Shown: in pieces, positions 15,790 to 22,816 of the stretch
How the letters are laid out: every line of letters starts with the position of its first letter
Numbering within the stretch: the first letter of the stretch is position 1
Assembly (NCBI GenBank): GCA_913020725.1
Contig: CAJWCD010000048.1
Location: 1 to 22,816 of the forward strand
Source of the DNA: an uncultured Pseudomonadota bacterium
GTDB taxonomy: Bacteria > SAR324 > NAC60-12
DNA length: 22,816 bases
Direction: 5' to 3'
Translations under genes and position numbers: made by a program
The notes under the pieces: model-generated
The model's input: the letters and a program-made list of their open reading frames with translations, nothing else
Database searches by the model: none
Told to the model about the DNA's origin: nothing

Positions 15790-16884
15790 TCAGGATTTGA
15801 GACGATCCAAAGTCTTGGCCTGATTTCGAAAAAAATGATCGGCCAACACCAGCGCAATCATGTTGTCCACCATCGGCACTGCCCTTGGCAACACACAGGG
15901 ATCGTGCCGCCCCTTCGCCCGCAGTTTGACCGCCTTGCCCTCGCGGGTCACGGTGTCCTGCTCAAAATTGATAGTCGCCGTCGGTTTGAAGGCAATGCGC
16001 AACTCCAAATCTTCACCATTGGAAATACCCCCTTGGATGCCTCCGGAGCGGTTGGTGCGAGTGTGGATTTCCCCGTCGCGGGTCTCAAAGGCGTCGTTGT
16101 GTTCCGATCCACGCATGAGGACCGCATCGAAGCCCAAGCCGAATTCCACCCCTCGTGTGGCGGGCAGCGACATCAGGGCTTTGGCAAGATCAGCGGTGAG
16201 CTTGTCGAACACCGGTTCTCCGAGTCCGGCAGGCATGTTGCGGACGTGCGCCCGCACAATGCCCCCGAGGCTGTCACCCTGCTTGCGGGTTTCGTCAATG
16301 CGGGCGAGCATCTTTTCCGCCATCGCGGCATCCGGACAGCGCACCATGTTGGCTTCAATGTCGGCTTCCGTGACCGTGTCACGGTCCACCTCGGCCCGGA
16401 GGTCGTGAATCTGCTCAACCCATGCCAACACCTCGGCCCCGCAACATTCCCGCAGCAGCGCCTTGGCCACCGCACCTGCCGCCACTCGTCCAATCGTCTC
16501 GCGGGCACTGGAGCGACCGCCCCCCATCCAATCCCGGAACCCAAATTTCTGTTCGTAGGTGAAATCGGCGTGGCTGGGCCGGAACAAGTCCTTGAGGTGA
16601 TCGTAGGCTTGCGGGCGGGCGTCCTGATTCCAGACGAGAATGGAAATCGCCGTTCCGGTGGTGCGGCCCTCAAAAACCCCGGAAACGATTTGGGCGGTGT
16701 CGTGTTCCTTGCGCTGTGTGACGATGCGGCTTTGTCCGGGACGGCGGCGGTCCAATTCCCGTTGCAGCAGAGCTTCATCAAGCGCCAGTCCGGAGGGGCA
16801 GCCATCAATGACCACACCGACTGCGCCTCCGTGCGATTCACCCCAAGTGGTGATCCGAAAAAGTTGTCCGAAGGTGTCGCCCAT
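15790..16884 (-). CDS. aroC: Chorismate synthase
   Basis: Motifs [49 protein letters not shown] and [11 protein letters not shown]. Confidence 0.98.
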   Translation of the reverse strand: MGDTFGQLFRITTWGESHGGAVGVVIDGCPSGLALDEALLQRELDRRRPGQSRIVTQRKEHDTAQIVSGVFEGRTTGTAISILVWNQDARPQAYDHLKDLFRPSHADFTYEQKFGFRDWMGGGRSSARETIGRVAAGAVAKALLRECCGAEVLAWVEQIHDLRAEVDRDTVTEADIEANMVRCPDAAMAEKMLARIDETRKQGDSLGGIVRAHVRNMPAGLGEPVFDKLTADLAKALMSLPATRGVEFGLGFDAVLMRGSEHNDAFETRDGEIHTRTNRSGGIQGGISNGEDLELRIAFKPTATINFEQDTVTREGKAVKLRAKGRHDPCVLPRAVPMVDNMIALVLADHFFRNQAKTLDRLKS

Positions 16885-17046
16885 TTTTTTCTTGAGAAGT
16901 CAGGAGTCAGGAGTCCCGGATTCCGGGTCTCCGCTTTGCTCCGCCTGAAATGACAAGATCGGGTACCGTGACAGCACCCCCTCCTTGATTTTTGCAGCCT
17001 TTCTCTCACTCCGTGCCAATTTCTGTCTCCTGAATTCTCCCCTTGA

Positions 17047-17853
17047 TCATGCCACCGTCTGATTCGGAGGTTCAAGGTACGACAAATCGGCCAGCGTCAA
17101 CCCGTTTTCTTCGGCAATCGTGTGCAGTTCCGGCAGCCCTTGCAGCGCGTCTTCCGGACGATGTGCGTCCGAGTTGCAGATGACCGTCACCGGATATTCC
17201 GCCGCCAGTTCCCAAAACGGCTTCCACGGATAAGGTTTGCGCTCACCCTCCGAGGTGTGGATCGAACGCTTGCGGAGTCCGTTGCCGTTGATTTCAAGCG
17301 GGGTTTTCGTGTCAGCAGCAGCGGCGAAGATGTCGTGGGCACAGGTTTCGGCGTCGCGGTCCCAGCGCTCCCAAGCGATGCCAAAAATATCCGGATGCGC
17401 AATGAAAGCGTAAAGTCCGGTGGCCATCATTTCAGCGAGGTGGTCGCTGTAGGCCCGCAGGGCGCGGGCGTTGGTGAGTTCTGAAAACGAGTTCAACCAC
17501 TCGCCATTCAGCGGGGTGTAGTGTCCCGCGCCAATCAGGTAGTCAAAGCAGCGGCGTCCGAGCAGTTCCTCTTCGTAGTACCGGCGAAACTCCGGGACAT
17601 CCTCGCACTCCATGCCGAGCAGAACCGTGATTTCCGGCACCTCGACCTGCGCGTGACGCACGGCGGCAACATAATCATCCAACTCATCGTGGGCCATGCG
17701 CACACTGTCCCAGCGGTTATCCGGAAGTGCTGCGTGGTCGGACATCCCGTAAACCGACGCCCCCCCCACTCGTGCCGCCCGCGCAAACTGCACCGCGTCG
17801 CCCTTGGCGTGTTTGCAGCGATAGGTGTGGGAGTGGTAGTTCTTCCAAGACAT
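17047..17853 (-). CDS. PHP-family histidinol-phosphate phosphatase (HisJ/HisK-like)
   Basis: Motifs NYHSHTYRCKHA, GMSDH, LLGME, FDYLIGAGH, AHPD, LEIN and NSDAH. Confidence 0.88.
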   Translation of the reverse strand: MSWKNYHSHTYRCKHAKGDAVQFARAARVGGASVYGMSDHAALPDNRWDSVRMAHDELDDYVAAVRHAQVEVPEITVLLGMECEDVPEFRRYYEEELLGRRCFDYLIGAGHYTPLNGEWLNSFSELTNARALRAYSDHLAEMMATGLYAFIAHPDIFGIAWERWDRDAETCAHDIFAAAADTKTPLEINGNGLRKRSIHTSEGERKPYPWKPFWELAAEYPVTVICNSDAHRPEDALQGLPELHTIAEENGLTLADLSYLEPPNQTVA

Positions 17854-18129
17854 GAGGGATCGGAGAAAATCAAAAATTCACCATGGCATCCGCATCCGCA
17901 AGCCGCAAGTGCGATGTCAGCAAGCGTGGGTTCGACAAACAGAGAGCCCGGCTTCGGAGAATTTGCTGTGCTGGAGTTTTCGGGGAGCCGCGTCCTATAA
18001 ATACGGGTGCGTCGCCACACACTGCCGTTTCTTCATTACTGATGTTACGCAGAGCGTAATATACTGAAATTATTTGAAAAATTTATTTTTCTCAAATGTG
18101 TCCTAGAACCAGTAGCTTTGACTATAAAT

Positions 18130-18740
18130 TGCGGGTGATCGGGCTGACCACTTTCCGGGGTCGTTGTGCCTGCTGCGGGGAAGTCCGCTCCACCCATCCC
18201 CTTCAAGTCTCCACAGCGGTCGGGGCAGCAGGAGTGCATCTCGGTCCCAACGCCCTTTCAATGACCGCTCAGCTTCAGCACCGCTGGCATCTTTCCAAGC
18301 GCAGGAGTTGCGATCTCCTGAAGGAACTCTTCGGGCTTTTCCTGACTCCGGGAGGGCTGGTGGAGGCGACCCATCGCCTAGCCACCAAGCCGGCCCCCGA
18401 ACACAAGGCTTTGCAGGAAGAAGTTCGCCATTGCGAAGTGCTCTACAGCGACGAGACAAGCTGGTATGTGGGGGCTCCCGGACACACCCTCTGGGACTTC
18501 ACCAACCCGCAACTGACCCTCTACTGCATCGTTGCCCACCGCACCGGGAGCAACTGCAACAAATCATCGGAAAGGACTTTCTCAGTGTTCTCGTCAGCGA
18601 CGGCCTCTCCATTTATGACGAAGCCTCTCCGCTTCAGCAAAAGTGTTACTCCCACCACCTCAAGGCCGTCTCAAGAGCCCTCGACTCCCATCCCCGAAAC
18701 GGGGAAGGCTTCCTCAACGAGGTGAAACTGATGTGCAAGT
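18130..18740 (+). pseudogene. IS66-family transposase (TnpC) internal fragment, frameshifted
   Basis: RGRCACCG zinc-ribbon end, LGP...LFGL..TPGG and DETSW. After a one-base shift at about 18545 it reads VLVSDGLSIY...QKCYSHHLK. The N-terminus, C-terminus and terminal inverted repeats were not found. Confidence 0.85.
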
Positions 18741-19895
18741 CTATTGTCCAAGTTGATCGTCAGAATTTTGCAGAACTGCCATCGGCACCACATGGTGCTG
18801 TGTTGCAAGCACGGCGGGCAGCGTCACTTCCAGCAATTCCAAGTCGTCCGTGCCGCCCGTGAGGGCGTGACGAGACTGCGCCGGAATCACACAGGAAGCT
18901 CCGGCTTCGAGCCTATGGGCACCGCGTCCTGCGACGGTGAGCGTGATTCCACCCGACAGCGTGAACAGGAAGCAAAACTCCCCGCTGTGGCTACAAATTT
19001 GTGGAGTGGTGTTTTCCACGGGGCGAACCACCTGTACTCCGGCAAGTCCATTTGTCGCGGCACCGATCCCGGTGTCCCGGAACTCAAAGCCCTCGATACG
19101 CCACGGATGCCATTCCGCTTGGGCCACTTGATGTAACACGAAACGCTGACCTCCGAAATCCCGCTGGGACTGCACTTCCGGAGTTGGTAAGTCAAGTTCG
19201 GGATCGGCCCAGGTTTCGTGTTCGGCAGGACAACCGATTTCGATGACCTCCAGTCCGGGGGAGCTTTCCAGCACACGGTGCCGGATTTGCGGAGGTTGTA
19301 GCACGCAGTCCCCCGCCTGCATCACGAAGGGCGACCCTTGATCTTCGTACACCAAGCGCACCCAGCCCTTGTAGCAGTAGATCATCTGAAAGCGGATCTT
19401 GTGGAAATGAGTGTAATCCGGGACAGGGCCACCATTGGGAATGCGGATGTGCGAAGCAATGAAGCGCCCGCCTTGGCGATCCGGAATGAGGTCGCGGTAC
19501 TGCATCCCCGCACGGCCCACCTGCCATTGCGAATCGTCGCTGATCCGGTTGCACACGAACGACTGCTGTTCCGGAGGCAGCACCAGCGGTGGGTTTGCAG
19601 CGACGAGTTCGATGCGGGCGCCGTTGGGGGCGGTCAGTTCGGAGGCACCGTCTGCAAACTCAGCAGGATTTTTGCAGAGCAGGCGCAAGATTCCGGGAGT
19701 GCCGGAACCCCCGCGTTCCAGCCGGAGACGCACACCATACCCGCTGATCACTGCCACTGCCGGGGCGTCCGCTGGAAAGATAGTGTTGACCCGGAAGCCA
19801 AGTCTCTCCGTGAAAAACTCAAGAGTCGGGTTCAATTCCGCACATGGTAGCACGATTTCTGCGGCTTGGATCGGGTTCTCAGGGTTCACGGGCAT
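18741..19895 (-). CDS. VOC/glyoxalase-like domain plus two cupin domains
   Basis: N-terminal TLEFFTERLGF...VRLRLE...PNGARIELV. Cupin 1 reads HFHKIRFQMIYCYKG...GDCVLQPPQIRH; degenerate cupin 2 reads HSGEFCFLFTLSG...CVIPAQSRH. Confidence 0.85.
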   Translation of the reverse strand: MPVNPENPIQAAEIVLPCAELNPTLEFFTERLGFRVNTIFPADAPAVAVISGYGVRLRLERGGSGTPGILRLLCKNPAEFADGASELTAPNGARIELVAANPPLVLPPEQQSFVCNRISDDSQWQVGRAGMQYRDLIPDRQGGRFIASHIRIPNGGPVPDYTHFHKIRFQMIYCYKGWVRLVYEDQGSPFVMQAGDCVLQPPQIRHRVLESSPGLEVIEIGCPAEHETWADPELDLPTPEVQSQRDFGGQRFVLHQVAQAEWHPWRIEGFEFRDTGIGAATNGLAGVQVVRPVENTTPQICSHSGEFCFLFTLSGGITLTVAGRGAHRLEAGASCVIPAQSRHALTGGTDDLELLEVTLPAVLATQHHVVPMAVLQNSDDQLGQ

Positions 19896-19949
19896 GGTGT
19901 GGTTTGGAATTCGCCCAGAGGGGGAGTTCTGCTAACTCTTGCCGTTGGG

Positions 19950-19970
19950 TTCAATTTGAGTCAATCTGAA
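19950..19970. promoter_or_regulatory. Imperfect 21-bp palindrome, candidate operator between divergent genes
   Basis: TTCAATTTGA-G-TCAATCTGAA, with arms matching 8 of 10. Confidence 0.35.
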
Positions 19971-20077
19971 GCAGATCACTGCAAAAGTGAGACTATCATG
20001 AAACTTGCGAAAATTTCAAGAGAACTGCTTTTGACCTCCAGTCGAATGCCTCGATGCACCGTTTGCTTCATTTTCTG

Positions 20078-21610
20078 ATGAGGACATTACGCCTTCAGCT
20101 TTGTCTGCTGCTGGGGCTGGGTTTTGGAGTTCCGGAAGGGCGGGCGCTTTCGCTCTACACGAACCACCCGACGGTGGCGGAGGCGTTGACGAGCGCAGCG
20201 GAGGAAATCAGCGAACTCGCGAAGGATCCTCTGCGGCTCGCCCCACGGGTGGCGGTGGTTGATCTCGTGGAACGTCTGCATCGGGAACGGAATCCACTGT
20301 CCACGATTCTGGAGCAAAGACTCGCGCAAATGCTTGAAGAACGCTTGGGCCAGCAGGCGGTTCCGTTCATAAAACTGGAGCAGTTGCGGGCTGAGTGGAA
20401 CAGCGCCTTTCCCGGACGCAGCAGCCAGCAGTTGGTGGAAGACCTCGCCGGTCAAGCCGAGGCCGACTGGATGATCACGGGAACGCATCATCAGGAGGAG
20501 GGGGTTCTGAAAATCTCGCTCCAACTTTACGAGTTGGCGACCGAATCGGTCCTTTGGCAAACTCTACTCGAAGCTCCGGTTGCAAGAGTGGAAACCAAGC
20601 CGTTCGAAACCCCAGTGGTGGCTCTCGAACCTGCGGAAACCACCGAAGCCGCTCCGTTTGCTGAAGCCGTTGACACTGCGCCTGAAGCCACTGTGGAACC
20701 TGCTCAGAATTTTGGGTTTGTCGCTGAGGGCATTGACGAACCGCTGGAAGAGGAAATTGAGGATCCGTTGGCAGCAGAATTCGTGGGCGAGAGTTTTGCC
20801 GAACCTCAGCAACTGGCGCTGGTCGAGCCTCCACAAGCTGAAGTCCGGCTCTCTCCAGAGCCGGTCATTCCGGAAGGCATGCGCCTGATTGCTGGTGGGG
20901 AGTTCATCATGGGCAGCAGCACGGGACGTGCGGACGAAACTCCGGATCATCGGGTCGAGGTCCGTCCATTTCTGCTGGGGCAGCATGAGGTGACAAATGC
21001 CGAATACGCCCGCTGTGACTTGTGCGAACGCGGAACCGGAGGTTTTGACACGACCGCTTTTGACCAGCCTGCGGTGTATGTTGACTGGAAAAACGCGCAG
21101 GCGTACTGCAAATTCCGAGGCTACCGCCTGCCCACGGAGGTCGAGTGGGAGTACGCTGCCCGTTCCGGAAGCCCCGGACCTGACGCTTTTGGGGGCGATT
21201 CCGTGTTGCTCGGCCAGTACGCTTGGTTTGCCGAAAACACTCGTGACGCAGGCCGTTGGTCCGCTCAACTCGTCGGGCAAAAACTCCCCAACGCCTTTGC
21301 ATTGCACGACCTGCACGGCAATGTTCTCGAATGGGTGGCGGACTACTACGCGCCAGACTACTTCTCCCACCTCGGCCTTCCGGACAACCCGACGGGGCCG
21401 GATGCTCCTGAGCGCGCAGACTATCCCCTGCGCGTGGCGCGTGGCGGTGCGTGGGACGGACTGGACGGAGCCGGAGCGCCGGAAGGTTTGCGCCCAGCCC
21501 GCCGCTATGCCTTTGCACCGTGGACCCGTTCCTTCCGGATTGGTCTGCGCTGCGCTGCCGACTGGAATCCTCCCCAAGAAATCTACCCTGCGTTCGGGGG
21601 AGCGCAATGA
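20078..21610 (+). CDS. Exported protein with an N-terminal CsgG/FlgO-like domain, acidic linker and C-terminal FGE-sulfatase domain
   Basis: Signal-like N-terminus from ATG 20078; ADWMITG...ISLQLYELATESVLWQ; Glu/Ala/Pro-rich linker. FGE motifs IAGGEFIMG, HEVTNAEY, RLPTEVEWEYAAR, PNAFALHDLHGNVLEW, RGGAW and IGLRCA. Confidence 0.88.
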   Translation: MRTLRLQLCLLLGLGFGVPEGRALSLYTNHPTVAEALTSAAEEISELAKDPLRLAPRVAVVDLVERLHRERNPLSTILEQRLAQMLEERLGQQAVPFIKLEQLRAEWNSAFPGRSSQQLVEDLAGQAEADWMITGTHHQEEGVLKISLQLYELATESVLWQTLLEAPVARVETKPFETPVVALEPAETTEAAPFAEAVDTAPEATVEPAQNFGFVAEGIDEPLEEEIEDPLAAEFVGESFAEPQQLALVEPPQAEVRLSPEPVIPEGMRLIAGGEFIMGSSTGRADETPDHRVEVRPFLLGQHEVTNAEYARCDLCERGTGGFDTTAFDQPAVYVDWKNAQAYCKFRGYRLPTEVEWEYAARSGSPGPDAFGGDSVLLGQYAWFAENTRDAGRWSAQLVGQKLPNAFALHDLHGNVLEWVADYYAPDYFSHLGLPDNPTGPDAPERADYPLRVARGGAWDGLDGAGAPEGLRPARRYAFAPWTRSFRIGLRCAADWNPPQEIYPAFGGAQ

Positions 21611-22764
21611 ACAAATCGTCACACCCCGACCCTGCCGAGCAGGCGCGTCTTCCCCGGCCAACCCCGGCTCCGGACGGGGCGAAGCAACCCTTGAGCGAAC
21701 GGCCTCCCTCCGTTTCGAGTTTTGAGGAAATCCTGCCCTTCCGGACGGATGCCGAACTCCGGGAGCGTTACCTCAATTTCTTTGGAGGGCTGCGACTTGG
21801 CAAACTGCTGGAGGATTTCGACCTCAGTGCTGGCCGAACGGCCTACAACCATGCACAGGGCTGGGAGCGCGGACTCACCATTGTCACGGCAGCTTGCGAC
21901 CGCATTGACCTGCTGGACGAGTTGCGCAGCGACCGTGACCTGCGGGTGCGGGCTTCTGTGAACTGGACGGGACGTAGTTCGATGGAGGTTGGACTGCAAG
22001 TCGCTTCCGAAGACGGCAATGGCGGGTGGCAAGCTGTGGCGCGGGCGTACTTCATCATGGTGGCGCGACAGGGAGAAACATCCGCCGCAGTCAACCCGCT
22101 CGTGCCACAAACGGACGAGGAGCACCGACGTTTTCAGGAAGGAGAGCAGCGCCAGCAGCAACGGCGGGCGATGGCACAAAACAACTACCTCAAGCATACG
22201 CCCACCGCTGAAGAGAGCGTCCGGCTGCACCGGCTTTTTCTGCGCACAAAGCATCAGCAAATCACCGGGGTTCCGATGCACGAAACCCAACGGCAGGCGA
22301 CACTGCTGATGCACCCGCAATCGCGCAACATCCACAACAAAATTTTTGGCGGTTACCTCATGCGGCAGGCCTTTGAGTTGGCGTGGAACATCACCTACCT
22401 GCACTGTCGCTGCCCTCCGCAATTTGTGTGCATGGACCACATGTATTTCTTCCAGCCTGTCGAGATTGGTGCCATCCTCTCCTTCACTGGATTCGTCATC
22501 CACACCGATGGTCTGCACCTCGTCATTGAAGTCACCACGGAAGTCATCCACCCCCAAACGGGTCGCACCCAGACCACCAATATTTGCTACTTCACCTTCT
22601 CCGCGCTTGATGATTTCGGACAGCCGCAACCGGTGCCGATGGTCATTCCCCACACCTATGAGGAGGGGCTGCGCTACCTTGATGGCGCAAAGCGGTTGCG
22701 GCTGGGGGAAGAGCTGCGCCGGGCCAAGGGTGTGAGGAGTGCCAGTAAAAGTGAGACTTCTTAA
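21607..22764 (+). CDS. Double-hotdog acyl-CoA thioesterase (ACOT9-like)
   Basis: Motifs RLGKLLEDFDLSAG, IVTAACDRI, VNWTGRSSMEV, RNIHNKIFGGYLMRQAFELAW and FFQPVEIG. ATG 21607 overlaps the upstream stop (ATGA). Confidence 0.92.
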   Translation: MNKSSHPDPAEQARLPRPTPAPDGAKQPLSERPPSVSSFEEILPFRTDAELRERYLNFFGGLRLGKLLEDFDLSAGRTAYNHAQGWERGLTIVTAACDRIDLLDELRSDRDLRVRASVNWTGRSSMEVGLQVASEDGNGGWQAVARAYFIMVARQGETSAAVNPLVPQTDEEHRRFQEGEQRQQQRRAMAQNNYLKHTPTAEESVRLHRLFLRTKHQQITGVPMHETQRQATLLMHPQSRNIHNKIFGGYLMRQAFELAWNITYLHCRCPPQFVCMDHMYFFQPVEIGAILSFTGFVIHTDGLHLVIEVTTEVIHPQTGRTQTTNICYFTFSALDDFGQPQPVPMVIPHTYEEGLRYLDGAKRLRLGEELRRAKGVRSASKSETS

Positions 22765-22816
22765 TTAGTGCTTGGCCGAAAAAAGTCTTTCATCAATTAT
22801 ATCAAGATGATATACT

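Noticed and set aside
16898..16915. Heptamer repeat AGTCAGG-AGTCAGG-AGTC upstream of aroC
   Set aside because: Only about 2.5 units with no spacers; too short to call a CRISPR or functional repeat.
22765..22816. AT-rich tail beginning TAGTGCTTGGCC, possibly an IS end
   Set aside because: Cut off by the window edge, with no partner repeat or transposase visible.

Overview
A moderately GC-rich bacterial chromosomal window. The gene content suggests a Gram-negative organism, possibly deltaproteobacterial or SAR324-like, but that is only an impression. It is mostly housekeeping and metabolic genes: ffs (SRP RNA)-dnaX-ybaB-lipoate ligase, aroC, a PHP histidinol phosphatase, queD/PTPS-folE divergent from mobA, a metallophosphoesterase, a HAD phosphatase, a DHH protein, a VOC-bicupin protein and an ACOT9-like thioesterase. 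There are also two exported proteins with FGE-sulfatase folds, and three decayed remnants: an ERCC4 nuclease, a probable hisI-like fragment and an IS66 transposase. The most interesting observations are (i) an NrtS-family microprotein apparently co-transcribed with a soluble class III adenylate cyclase, (ii) a much enlarged and divergent HisG-fold protein leading an operon with a tandem-CsgG/FGE protein and a small beta-barrel, and (iii) an SRP RNA with a non-GNRA (UAGC) tetraloop. No CRISPR array, rRNA, tRNA or intact mobile element was seen. All calls come from motif recognition by eye; no searches were run.
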